Assembly (NCBI GenBank): GCA_051530055.1
Contig: CM121341.1
Location: 14,424,784-14,488,783, forward strand
Length of the DNA stretch: 64,000 bases
Reading direction: 5' to 3'
DNA from: Neoechinorhynchus agilis
Taxonomy: Eukaryota > Animalia > Acanthocephala
The notes under the pieces are model-generated. The model was not told the DNA's origin, searched no databases, and saw only the letters and a program-made list of their open reading frames with translations. This document shows positions 1-15,290 of this stretch, piece after piece (position 1 is the first letter of the stretch; each line of letters starts with the position of its first letter). The position numbers and the translations under genes are program-made.

Positions 1-259
1 TATATTAGTTTGACCAAATAATATAACTCCTGTTGCTTCAAATTCGACTAATTTAATTAAACGTTATCTGCAAGAGCATCAGAGTGATACATTGCTTTTT
101 TGTTATTTTCGTAATACCATTTTTAGGAATTCTTTTATTTCAAACAAAGTTCACAGGAAAAAGCTGTCTGATATGCGATTCACTTTGAGTCATCACTTAC
201 CAGGTCTATTTGAAAAGAAAACATCACTTGTATGGAATGAACATCCAACTCAGAAACGA

Positions 260-1236
260 ATGGTGTCATCATCTGATGCAAGTGAATCTTTTTTCCAAAG
301 AATATCCCGTATTCCATTGGTCAGATCATGGAACCGGAAGGCGTCGCATGTGTACTGCAGGATGAAAACGGTACATCCGTTGGTGGAGAGATCTAGTAAA
401 TATTTTAAAGGCATAACCGGATCTGTCATATCTTCGGTCTCCCCTATATTGAGCAATATTGAGCCTCTAGGTATACTCCGTTTCTTTGTAAATAAAAACT
501 TAATTTTTTACATAGCAAACACTGGCTTAGACAATTTAGAGAGAAACTATCCGAATATGTTTTCGCCACCCGAAAAGGTCAGATAACACCTTTTCTAGGC
601 AGCTAGAATTGTTATTATTCTTAGATATTAAGGACAGTGTCCGAGGAGGTCACCACAGTTACCAGAAATGGACTCCAACGGGCTTCGCACGCTCTGGAAT
701 TTATAAATAATTCTCTCTGGGGAGAAAAATCAGTGTCTAAAGTCGAGAACTCCGTGTACAATAGTGCTCCAGATAATGTTGAAAACATCGATTCAGGAAT
801 ATTGTCCGATACTCAAGATAGAATTCAAACAGCGCTTACCTTAATAATTGAACTCATAAAGTTCATTGAAAAATCACAAGAAAACCACGACGTGAACGTT
901 TTTTATCTATCCTTAACTGCAGATGAGCAATCGCAAATCGAAAGTTCGACCACTTTAGAGATGAAGAGAGAGAAAACGGTCACTTATGTTCTAGGTAAAA
1001 TTAAGACCGACCTTGAATATGTTAGTCACACTCTCCGAAACGTTTTGCCGGGTGTCCTTAAATCTGGTTATATCACTGCGATCACAATATGCAATGATGC
1101 CAATAAGGAATTTATGAACGAATCAGTCGAGGATGCTGGAAAAGTCAATTTCGTCACAATACAAAAACTACAATCCCTTCAAAATTTCCTGATCCGTGCT
1201 ATTTCATGGAATAAAGAAGCTTCTTCGACAGTTTAG
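260..1236 (+). CDS. Perilipin (PAT-domain) family lipid-droplet protein
   Basis: The N-terminus FFQRISRIPLVRSW...VYCRMKTVHPLV...SPILSNIEPL..GLDNLERNYP..PPEK matches the PAT domain pattern (RVASLPLV...AYTSTKENHP...PILSKLEP...GLDKLEEKLP). A GT-AG intron at 578-624 (47 nt) joins in frame to the 625-1236 exon. An in-frame 45-nt intron at 471-515 is possible. Confidence 0.65.
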
Positions 1237-1531
1237 CATGTGATATTACTTAAGTAAATCAAACGTATATTTTAACTTAATGAACCTTGTAACATCGTCC
1301 GTAACGAAAGTTGCGTACCGGATTAAAAATAAAGGAAATTGTTGCATTCTTGTCTTTGATCGTTTGGGCTGCTTGATTCTACTTGGTAATGCAACGTCGG
1401 CTAAGAGTTTAAAGCAAACTAAATGTGGTTTGTTACCAATACCTTTTGTTATATCACCAAAGACTATTTGTCTACTTGAACCAAAGTAAAGTTTTACAAT
1501 ATGTGCCACTAACGATATCTGATTTTCATAA

Positions 1532-2404
1532 TTGCTAATATTCGCCAGAATGTCGAAGCCATGCAAACTATTGAAACAGGGAGTCACATCATGGCTCTCG
1601 CAGACCGGTCTGCAACAAGCTCCAACCAACGCGCACGAACAATCTGCTTGGGATAATCCCTTAATCCTGACGGCTCACAACAAACTAAAAGGCCAGATGG
1701 ATGAGATGTCTCAAGCTAGACTTGTGGCCAGTTCCTCGAAAAAGTCAGACGCATGGTTGAACGTTTTGCCAATTGGTACTTTGGGAACTTTGCTGGACGA
1801 CGAGACAGTTCGAATAGCCGTCGCTCTACGTTTAGGACTTCCAACCTGTGCCCCACACCAGTGCCGATGTGGAATAAAAGTTGACGTGCTCGGGAGACGT
1901 GGACTCTACTGCAAGAGATCGAGCGGTCGTTTCCCAAGGCACGCAGAGCTCAACGCGATCATTAGCAGAGCTCTGAACTCGATCCACGTTCCAACCATCC
2001 TGGAGCCCAATCACCTCTGTCGCTCGGATGGTAAGCGTCCCGACGGTATGACCGTTTTCCCTTGGAAAGAAGGGAAGAGTCTAATTTGGGACACAACATG
2101 CGTGGACTCACTCGCCCTGTCCAACCGGCAAGATGCTTTAGCGGAGACGGGAGGAGCAGCAAGTGCCGCCGAAAGGAGGAAAGCGGAGAAATACAGTGAG
2201 CTCAAACAAAATTACATTTTCCTTCCTTTCGGCGTGGAAACACAAGGGGCGTTGGGATCTTCGGCACGAAGCTTTTGTGCCGAACTCGGACGACGACGAC
2301 TTGCAGCACAAACAGGGGAGCGACGCGAGAGGATTTTCCTGATCCAAAGAATAAGCCTCTCAATCCAACGAGGAAACGCGGTCAGCGTCCGGGGGACGAT
2401 TTAA
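1532..2404 (+). mobile_element. CRE-clade non-LTR retrotransposon, 3' fragment (Zn knuckle + RLE endonuclease), open frame
   Basis: Motifs CRCG...RHAELN, LEP..L.RSDGKRPDGMT.FPW.EGKSLIWDTTCVD, KY..L...FLPFGVETQG, QRISLSIQRGN. The RT domain is missing (5'-truncated). Confidence 0.88.
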
Positions 2405-2452
2405 TCTAAAATTAAAATTATCCTCTCAAAAAAAATTTTCTTAATAATTTTT

Positions 2453-2495
2453 CTTATTAAACGCGTTTAGAACCTCGTCGGGTTCATCATAAGTT
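2453..2495 (-). ncRNA. Degenerate minimal type I hammerhead ribozyme remnant
   Basis: The minus strand reads ATGATGA-ACC cgacga GGT-tc-TAAA-CGCG-TT. The core is mutated at two positions and stem III carries the CGCG palindrome. It lies just 3' of the PLE GIY-YIG ORF on the same strand. Confidence 0.3.
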
Positions 2496-3660
2496 CTAAA
2501 ATACAAGTGACTAAATGGTTATTCTGCTCTTACACGTGCTTGTTACATTTTGTTTACCATGAAGACAAAGTTTGTAACATCGTTGGTCATTCACGTTCGG
2601 TTTTTGTTCTTCGATTAAGAAGGCTTCCTAAATTAAGCGTCGAAAGGTATTATGTTTACTTGCTAAAACCATTGTTTGATCGTAATTGACCAGTTTGTAA
2701 TTCGTGTAGTTCGATATTCGACGATACCACCTTCTCCCTCTTGGAACGTTTATGTTCTGCCAATCTCGTCTTCAGATTCGGGCCTGTTTGTCCAACGTAA
2801 TTGCTGTTCCATTGGCTACAATAAACTTTGTGGACAACAGGACTGTTATTTCCTAGTATTTCCACGAAATGGCGTTTCCTTTCAGCACAGAAAGTCGAAA
2901 AAAAGTGTCATTTTATGGGCAGAAAGTTGTTTTTACTTATCCTTGAAATTTTATTACGCCAACAGTTGGTATGTGATCCGCTGCCCGAAACTCCAATACG
3001 CAGGTCTACTCGATTCGGGCCCATGACTGTTTCTTATGACTGAGTGTTTGCTCGTTTCAGCTACTGGATTTCATCGGCGAGGCACTCCTCATTGCAGATA
3101 TTGTAGGCACGTCGCAGAAAACCTTTAAATATACCAACTTTTATACTATTATTATGGGCACTGCTCCAACGTATATAATTATTTACTCATATCAAGAAGA
3201 TCCTTCGGGATGGTAAATATTGAATGGTGGTGAACATAATCCACCGGTTAAAGATTCTTTTATTATTATGAAATATTTCGAAAGGGGAAACCTCACCTCA
3301 TCATTCATCTAAATAGTTTGTGCAGTAGTTCTTTTTATTTGTTTGCTCTTGTAAGCTTGGGTTAACAGGTACACCATTAGCAAGGTTGGGGCAAGAATAT
3401 GTCCGAGGTTGCATTGAAAATGCAAGACCGTCAATAACGAGAATGACATGAGATTCCGTTCCTGAACGTCCTGATCAAGAGTATTCGCTGGAAGAGATTT
3501 GCTAATAGTGGAACAGCATCAACTTCAAGCGGGCTCAATTCTGGCCTCGGCAATCTTCCATTTTCACCGGACCTATTCATGGTAGACCAACATCTCGGAA
3601 AAACGTACAATTTTTACAATGGACGTTGTATCTCTTTATACCAATGAATTCGTTTAGAAT
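2455..3660 (-). mobile_element. Penelope-like element relic (GIY-YIG on minus strand, scrambled RT fragments)
   Basis: ORF 2656-2865 has VVHKVYCSQW..NYVGQTG.NLKTRLAEHKR (GIY-YIG). RT-like pieces include a degenerate AM..LAP.LAN motif (minus, ~3370-3415), PFLNVLIK (plus, ~3455) and FTMDVVSLYTN (plus, ~3612-3645). Confidence 0.7.
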
Positions 3661-3879
3661 GTCGTAAATGCTACGACTCCACACGATTAGGATTTTCTTT
3701 TGATGATCAAATTGATTATTGGAGTTGGGGTAATCATAATCCCGCGCATTATGATCACCACATCCCCAACTCCATCATCCCGAATGACTTTCTCTCGATG
3801 ACATCATTAATGTGTCATAAATGCGAAAGAACGTTTTTCGTTAGTGTTCATCCCTGTTTCCACCACTGTTCTTGTAGAA

Positions 3880-4845
3880 ATGCAAATGTTCAAAGCAGCG
3901 ACTGTAAGCCTGAGTCTCGGTAGTAGAAGTTTGTCTACGGCTCCTTCGGTTACGAGATTCAAGAAGTTCCAGATATATAGATGGGTACGATTATTTTAGT
4001 GAAGTGCCCTGACTGATCGCTATTCGTATGCAGGATCCCGAAACCCCTGAAAAGAAGCCATTTCTACAAGAATACAAGGTCGATTTGAATGATTGCGGAC
4101 CGATGGTGCTGGACGCGTTGATAAAGATAAAGAATGAGATCGATCCTACTGTTACATTTCGACGTTCGTGCCGTGAAGGTATTTGTGGATCATGTTCAAT
4201 GAACATCAACGGCTCCAATACCCTCGCTTGTCTCTGCAAAATCGATGATAATCTCGGTCGAACAAGTAAAATATACCCTTTGCCGCATATGTTTGTCGTT
4301 AAAGACCTTGTTCCGGATATGTCTAATTTCTACGAGCAATACGAATCAATAAAACCTTATCTTCAACGTAAAGATAAGCTTAACGAAAAATCTTCGGACT
4401 TTAAACAGTTCTATCAAAGCGAAAAAGACCGAGCTAAGCTTGATGGCCTTTACGAATGCATCCTTTGTGCTTGTTGCTCTACTTCTTGCCCTGAATATTG
4501 GTGGCATCCTACCAAATACCTAGGACCGGCAACGCTTATGCAAGCGTACAGGTCAGCTTCAAAGGGAATTATTGCAATTCGTAATTCATCTTTTAAGATG
4601 GATTATCGATTCGAGAGATGACTTCGCAAAGGAACGAGTTAAGGCCCTAAATGATCATTGGAAAGTTTATCCATGCAAAACAATCATGAACTGCACCGCT
4701 ACCTGTCCAAAAGTAAGTTCTAATTTAATGCGCTTTTTACATAGTCATTTAGCACTTAAATCCCGGCAAGGCTATCGGAGAACTTAAAAAATATCTTACT
4801 GGCTTTGTCCCCTTGCCACGTAAAGACCTCAGAGTCGTCGAATAA
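3880..4845 (+). CDS. SDHB: Succinate dehydrogenase iron-sulfur subunit (complex II)
   Basis: Exons 3880-3984, 4034-4551, 4598-4712, 4753-4845, with GT-AG introns of 49, 46 and 40 nt. Motifs [44 protein letters not shown] and an N-terminal mitochondrial targeting-like sequence are present. Confidence 0.98.
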
Positions 4846-4984
4846 ACTACAGTAAATTATAAACATATTCGAAAATAGATTTAGCATTATCGCTCGTATT
4901 TGGGAAGCAAACAGCAGTGAGTCTCGATGGATCAAATGTAAAAAAATTTAAAGGTAAACGATAACTGAGCTATTTTTAATATCT

Positions 4985-5232
4985 TTAAAGCAGAGGATTT
5001 TCATCCGCTGATTCGGAGAATTTCTTCTTTAATAGAGGACTACAAGCAAATCATACTTAATAAAGCAAGATATTTATCCGCTGATTTGCAGAATTTCTTT
5101 TTTTTTATTGAGGATTACAAGCAAATCACTTTTAATAAAGCAAGATATTTATGCGCTGATTTCCAAAATTTCTTTTTTAAGCGAAAACTACAAGCAAATC
5201 ATATTTAAAGCAGAGGAATTTTATCCGCTGGA
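4985..5232. repeat. Degenerate tandem repeat, unit ~70-75 bp, ~3.3 copies
   Basis: Recurring AAAGCA(G/A)GATATTTAT(C/G)CGCTGATT...AATTTCTT..T...CTACAAGCAAATCA unit. Confidence 0.8.
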
Positions 5233-5467
5233 AAAATTCAACGTCCCCAATTAAATTTGGAAAACTCTGCATTTGCCCGTATTGCCTCGCGCATTATTTA
5301 ATAACTAAAATTACAAATAAGACGGTTCTTGTTTCAAGGATTCTCTGAAAAATTTAAATCGCCAGTAAAATGGTTCCTATGCGAATGGATATGCTTAGTT
5401 CGTCATCGCTCAATTGCGAAATCAACTTAATCTTGCACTCCAGCGCGCCATAACGTTGATGATCTAG

Positions 5468-5555
5468 TTTTGTTTTTAAGTGGACACAAGGGGGCTGTTG
5501 TTATGATAAAGAAAATCCTTATTGTCGAGCTTTTGCCATCTTACGGCTATCCCAG
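5468..5555 (+). repeat. Short dispersed repeat, second copy at ~14293-14390
   Basis: Both sites share TTTGTTTTTAA...ATGATAAAGAAAA..ATCCTTATT.TCGAGCTTT.GCCATCTTACGG.T.TC.CAGG. Confidence 0.7.
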
Positions 5556-5639
5556 GAATCTACAAAGGCGCGTAGAGTTGTGAAGTGTGTTAAAGTAGCG
5601 TCATCGAAACGGAAAATTCATCCCGCCTGTTGAGCACTT

Positions 5640-6950
5640 CTTGGGCTTTGTGTCTGGGAAAACACCATCACCCCGAAAATCACACCATTTCCCCATTGCA
5701 GGGTACATCAATAAACTATTTCCTTTGCCACCCTTCTCCAAGTTGCGTCAACTAATTGACTTCCAAACACGTCTTGGCGCTCACCTCCCTTCAAAATCAA
5801 ACATCTACGGCCCATCGCAATAAATTTCCTGACCTTCCCGGTTTACAGAAAGTACTATCTTACAAAATACTTATCGCCCACAAAAATTTCCTTTACCCCA
5901 AAATTCGTTCAGGTGGAGACTCTTGGTCTTCGCAAACCTGATATCTACCCAGATTTGTCCTCTTCTGAATTCAAACATGCCTAGACTCCATCAATGGGAA
6001 CCTCTGTCATGCTTCAGATTACAACCATTGCCCCATCTTAGACTCCACGCAAACTATCAATCCGTCCTCCAACATTTCAAGAAATTACCTCAAAATTCGT
6101 ACCCTCAATCTGAGATCCCAAAATAGACTATACGCCGCATCATCCCCGAACTCATTGACCCTCTTGCCCTGCTAAAATGATTCTTATTTCGAAAAACATA
6201 CATCCGATTTCCACCGAATCATTCCGTCCAATATAAATTCTGCCCGCCCTTTCAAAAATTATAAAAAATGTTTCAAAAATCGCCTTATACTACGCAATAA
6301 CAAATTATCGTTCCTAAAATTCGGCTTCCGACCCAAATTTTCGGCAGCGGATGACCTTCTTTGTATTTATGAGGCGCTCCTACGTAACTTCCACCATAAT
6401 CCCTCTTACTTCAGACGTCTCATTAAACTGGATTTATCGAAAGCATTCGACTCCGTGGACCATTCACTTTTTCTTCGGGCCTGTTCCGATGTCGGTCTAA
6501 ACTCGTGGCAGATCCACTGGTTGGCATCTTATCTTCACAATCGCGAACAATACATTCAGTGCCGAACAACCCTCGCGATCACCCTACCCTCACCATAGGC
6601 GTACATCAAGATGCCGCCCATTCACCACTTCTTTTTAGTATTTCCGTAAACGAATTTAAACCTCCCTCGTCTAGCTCTAAACTTTTCTTATATTTCGACG
6701 ATCTCACCTCATCAATCAATCACCATTCGACCTCTCCCTCTCTTTTACATCTAAAGAAATCATCCACATAAAAGATTTCTGCAACAATCACAAACTCCAC
6801 CTGAATCTCTCTAACTGCTTCGAAATGATCCATTCATTCTCCCGCACCCCCACATTCTACCTCGAGCTTCCAAACGACATCCGACGAATCACCTACCTAT
6901 ACAAACACGTTTTATTGATTAAGAAGAACGATCCATACACTTGCCAGCAT
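5640..6950 (+). mobile_element. Decayed LINE (CR1/L2/Jockey-group) RT fragment
   Basis: LDLSKAFDSVDH at ~6426-6465, W..SYL.NR.Q, SPLLF.I.VN, LYFDD; many stops and frameshifts. Confidence 0.75.
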
Positions 6951-6959
6951 CTATCTTTG

Positions 6960-8200
6960 CTGAAGTTGTCTGGATGTCGGATGTTGAGGCAGGGAGGTGG
7001 GATTTGTCTTTGGAGTTTTACAGGAGAATGACCGATTGGGAGTCTTTCCTTGTTCTCCGGTTGTTAAGGAAAGATTGGGCTTGGGGGAGGAAGGATTTTT
7101 GGTAGACGGTGGTACGAGCGAGGGGGATGAAAAGGTTGGGGTTCCGGGTGTTTACTAGGGAAGAGTATTTAGAGACGAGGGAAGAAAATTGGTTGAAGAA
7201 GACGGAGGGCGTTTTTGGAGAAAATGGAGTTGAGGTGGGCGTCGAGGGGAAGGAGTGAAGTCGCGCATATTCTCGCTGCTCTCTTGTGGGAGGTTTCGAG
7301 GGAATGGAGAGCATTGGCGGAAAGGGCGAGGAAAGTGGGGAAGGCGTATGTAAGGATATGGAGGATGGCAGAGAGATAAAAGTGGGCAAGGTGTTTAGGG
7401 GATACGCCGAGACGCCGGAGGAGTTTGAGAAGGTAAAGACGAGGGTTTGCTTTAGAGAGTGCAAATGAAATGTGGGCATCCCATTTAAGGTTTTCTTCGA
7501 AAGTCATGCCCAGTATTCGGAGAGAAGAGGAGCGTTGGATGGGGAGAGGGAGAGGCGCGGGGATAAGGTTGCGTTTGGAAATGTGGGGGACAAGCTCAAA
7601 AGATTTGGATAAATTTAAAGAGAGGTTTAGGGTGGAGAGCGAGAAAATGAGATGGCTGAGTGCGTCCATGGTTGTGGAGAGGGAGAGAGCGGGAGATGCG
7701 ATGGTAATAACTGTGAGGTCATCGGCATAGAGAAAATATTTGGTAGGGGGAGTGAGAGGATGAAGGTCATTTAGAAAAATGTCAAAGAGGAGAGGGGAAA
7801 GTACGGCGCCTCGGGGGACCCCGTTAAATATGGGTAGAGAAGAGAAGCAAGAAGTTCCACATTGAATATCTTGTTTGCGGTTGGAGAGGAAAGATTAAAT
7901 CCAAGCGAGTTGCCAGGTTGAGAGGCCAAAGGAAGCACATGCTTTGAGGAGAAAGGAGTGATCTACCGACTCAAACGCCCTGGAAATATCCAGTTGCACG
8001 AGACGGACGGTTGATTCTGGATTGGAATCTAAGCTGCGCACAAGCGTATCGTAGATGCAGAGGAGGGCACCAGAACAAGAGTAATTGGGACGGAAAGCGA
8101 ATTGGGAAGGGGAGATGTTTTTGAGGAAGAAGGGAAGTAGGCGGTTTTAAAACATTTTTCTTCTGGATCTCCAATTTCAATCAAATCAGAAATAGGACTC
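6960..8200 (-). mobile_element. LINE (L2/CR1-group) RT 3' half
   Basis: LDISRAFESVDH, GVP.G..L.PLLF, YADD and ILG..F.ENLKWDAHI...KANPRLYLLKLLRRLG. Closely related to the copy at 17726-18567. Confidence 0.85.
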
Positions 8201-8620
8201 GCACAATACCCTTTACCTAAAACGCAATACCTTTAAAATTTACCTCCTCAAACACCTACGCCATTTTGGGGTCCCTTAGACCGATGTCTTAAATTTTTTA
8301 CTACAGCTTAATTTTACCCTCTCTCACCTACGGTTATCCCATCTTTTGCAATCTGTCCAAATCACAAACTCGTCGCCTTGAAAAGTTTCATAGAAGTCTA
8401 AAATTTGCACAGTCAATTTTCTCCCTCTTGAGGAATACCTTTATTAAATTTTCAACAAACAATCAAAACGCCTCTCAATCTTACCACCGCATTTTTTACC
8501 ACATGTCACCCCCTTTTCATACGAGCACAACACTCGCAATCCCAATTCCTTTCATCTTCTTATACCTCGGATCTACTTCTTCCTCCGTTCCTTTTCCATG
8601 CTGCTTAATCCTCTCGGATA
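8200..8620 (+). mobile_element. LINE 3' fragment; related copy on minus strand at ~55250-55520
   Basis: YLLKHLRHFGVP resembles the adjacent LINE family. Segment 8460-8600 matches the reverse complement of ~55255-55400 (GAGCACAACACTCGCAATCC.AATTCCTTTCATCTTC). Confidence 0.65.
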
Positions 8621-10235
8621 TCATAACCCGAAATGAACCGGACCGTCATACCTATCATATTGCCCGAGTATTCATGAGGACCCAGATGTTTATGGTTCAT
8701 CTACTTTGAAAAATGTAACGTGTTATTATTACAAAAGCCCGCTCAAATGTCAATTAAAAACTTGATCAATCATGCGGCTGGCAAATCAAGTAGTATTTAA
8801 CAAGATTATGAGCATGCGTTTAGACAAACCTATCTCTACCGACTTTATAGACTGTTATTAAAGTTGACTGATTCTTCCGGGCGCTTAGCTGCTTTCTTTC
8901 TGACATTTGTTTACCCTCATTCAACTTTGTCTACTTCGTTCGGGTGTCGCAGTTTGTGTGGAATAAAACTCAGTTTTGGTTCTAGGTTAATAACATAGAC
9001 GGATCTGTGGACTGTCAGTGGGAAGCAGTCCCGCCTTGGCAATTAGTTTCCTCGATGATTTGGAAAAGCAATGTAACTTGCCGCATTTAACGTCGTGACA
9101 GATTTATCGCCGCTATGTTGATGATGCGCTATACACCTACAGAGAGGATTGTGAGATCGATTTCATGCAGAGGAGGTTGAATTCTATTAATCCTACTGAA
9201 GGGATTAAGGTGAAGCGAGATAAACTATCGGATTATCTGCCATTCCTAAATTTGCATTTCAAAGTTAATGATGTCACTGATTTCAGTTGGTATTGCAAAC
9301 CATGTCGTAAAGGAATAATTATGCATCAAAATTCCCATCATTCTGGGTAATGAAACTGGCAATTTTGCAGAGAAGCACAGGACAGCGCTGGTTTGCTCAT
9401 CGTCATAAACGGAGAAACGATTGGCGATAGAGATATTGAACGCAATTTTCGCAGATAATGGATACAAACGTAACGAGATCATGCGGTTTCAGCAGCCGTG
9501 TAATTCAAGAAAGCAGAAATCGAATGTTGATTGCTCGCGGAATCAATATTGAGGGAAACCGATTCTCAGCACTTCATATATCAGTGAAAAGTCAACTAGT
9601 GACGTTCGAAAGCTGCTACGACAATCGAGAATAGATGCCCAGATTGTCCGCAGAAGCGCGCCTACACTAAGCCGAACTCTGACAAGAACTGAGCATCATG
9701 AAGCGCCCACGCACCAGAGAAGTTCGTGAACACAAATGGTCGACAAGAGTCGATTTGTACTCAAATCAGTGTGGTGTACGAGATGACCTGCGAACGATGT
9801 TTGGCCGATGACAATCGCGGGGTCATATACATGGGGAAACTGAACGGCTTTTACGTCAACTTTGACGAAAAATATTCGCAACGCACTGAATCCGGAAGCA
9901 AAATCATGGCCACGCCATAATCAAAGAACCGTTCAGAGTGCAACAGTGACCGAGATGTAAAACTCTCGGCGCAGGTTAGATTTATAGCCAAGGATCCGGT
10001 AAAAATATCTATCAACCGAGGCACTACTTATATCCCGGGCGGTTGGAAGGGGAATGTGTTTTCCATGACAATGCGAGGATGAGTTCTGGGCATCAGCTCG
10101 GCAAAGCCCAGGAACTGGTCAACAAGCGGGACGAACTTTCCGCTTCGATGTCGCTACTTTAACGTGTTCCAAAGCCCCACGCGCCTTTGTAGATTCCTGA
10201 AGAAACCATAAGACCGCAAAAGCTTGGAAATAGAG
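8620..10235 (+). mobile_element. Penelope-like element relic (RT + GIY-YIG)
   Basis: YRRYVDD at ~9106-9128, LPFLNL...SWYCKP at ~9236-9302, VVYEMTCERC...YMG (GIY-YIG) at ~9770-9840; frameshifted. Confidence 0.8.
10191..10232 (+). ncRNA. Degenerate hammerhead ribozyme remnant at PLE 3' end
   Basis: ATTC-CTGAAGA-aaccataagaccgc-AAAA-GC-TT-GGAAAT: intact CUGANGA box, AGCT palindrome, damaged GAAA and stem II. Confidence 0.25.
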
Positions 10236-10324
10236 ATTTTTTTTATCATTACAACAGTCGGCCCAAGTGTCTATTTAAAAACAAAACTTGTTCAAAATTA
10301 AAGATTAGCATTAGAGAATTTAGC

Positions 10325-14019
<3,695 letters not shown>

Positions 14020-14482
14020 CTGCGGTGGAAAAATACGTTTACTTTAAGAAAAACGGTCTTACCCAAGTGAACGATATGAAAAACTCAAAGACCATCTTCC
14101 TGATCGAAAAAATAATGAGCCAAATAATCGCGAACCGCTAACAATTCACGGATCAATAGAACGAAAGAATCATTTTAATTATCAGGTGACGCAAATTTTT
14201 GACAAATTTGCTTTGATGATCGTCTTTATGGAACCTGGAAAGTTTCTTTTTTCAGCTGCTTCCAAAAATTCTACGTGGATAAATGTGCGAGCTTTGTTTT
14301 TAAACCGGCAACTGGAGGAGGCTTGCTCTAATGATAAAGAAAAAGAAATCCTTATTTTCGAGCTTTCGCCATCTTACGGTTTTCTCAGGTTTTTTCCGAA
14401 AAAATTGGTATAAATTTCGCGCCATCTTCTATTGATATTTAATGTCGTTTCATCTACAAACCTTTATTTTCTTTTACTGCCA

Positions 14483-15290
14483 ATGAGCGTACGATATCCT
14501 GAATTGAAAAATAAAATCTTAAATCGTTTACGTTCCTCTTTGATTCGAAAAACCATGGGATCATTCCCAATGCGTATAATACTGATATGGATATTTCTCA
14601 TTGTGCTCATGTCAATACCGATCGCATAGGTTTTGAAATGGATGATGCTGAATTCGGAACCGTTCAATGTTCACGCACCGTCCGTATTCATCCCGCATCC
14701 GCCTATGGCGATTATCGGTGCCATCGCAGTTCCATCAATCGCTAGCACATTTTTTAAACACACACAAATCGGTACAAATCCGGCAATGAGACGAAGGCTA
14801 AAGTTCTTACACCTTTTTCTCCACTTATCTGGGAACTCTCATTTAGTTTCTGATAGTTGAGAATTCCTACAGAGTATTCGGAGTTACCACAACCGCTGTC
14901 AGTATTTACTTTGCATTCCAATCTCACGTAGTAAAGAGAATTCCGCACTTTTATTCTATTCATTCAATCATGGGATTAATTTCAATATCGCTGGCTGCTG
15001 TGCATTGGATTTTATCTTTCATTGAGTTTCAATATCCAATGTTGTCCCCGCAAACCAGATCCAAATCGATGCCATATCATCGATACTTCGGAGCAATGCT
15101 ACTTGTTTTATACACTGCGACTGTGGTGCTGGGAATAACAGAAAAAGCCATTTTCTCTGGTAAATATTCAGCAAAGAAACAAGCTACGCACTTTGCCAAT
15201 ATCATTGGGATTGCCGTCATTGCGATCACAATATTCACAGTTTCTTGGATTATTCAGAGAACTGCTTCAGTGAAAGTATTAAAAACGTAA
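14483..15290 (+). pseudogene. Cytochrome b561 family gene with in-frame TAG and non-GT donor (pseudogene or assembly errors)
   Basis: Four His heme ligands in expected order (HPPM, LHLFLH, YSIHSIMG, PYHRYFG) plus LGITEKAIF. TAG at 14627-14629 falls inside TM1. The only frame-preserving intron near 14832-14874 starts GG or GA. Confidence 0.75.

Noticed and set aside
1246-1530. Overlapping ORFs after perilipin; the plus one has a faint TBP-repeat-like YRI...ILVF..G..IL.G.A pattern
   Set aside because: The spacing does not fit a TBP repeat, there is no second repeat and no splice support; the minus ORF is also unidentifiable.
10075-10150. Two adjacent hairpins near the PLE 3' end as a ribozyme
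   Set aside because: No hammerhead, HDV or twister core nucleotides in the required positions.
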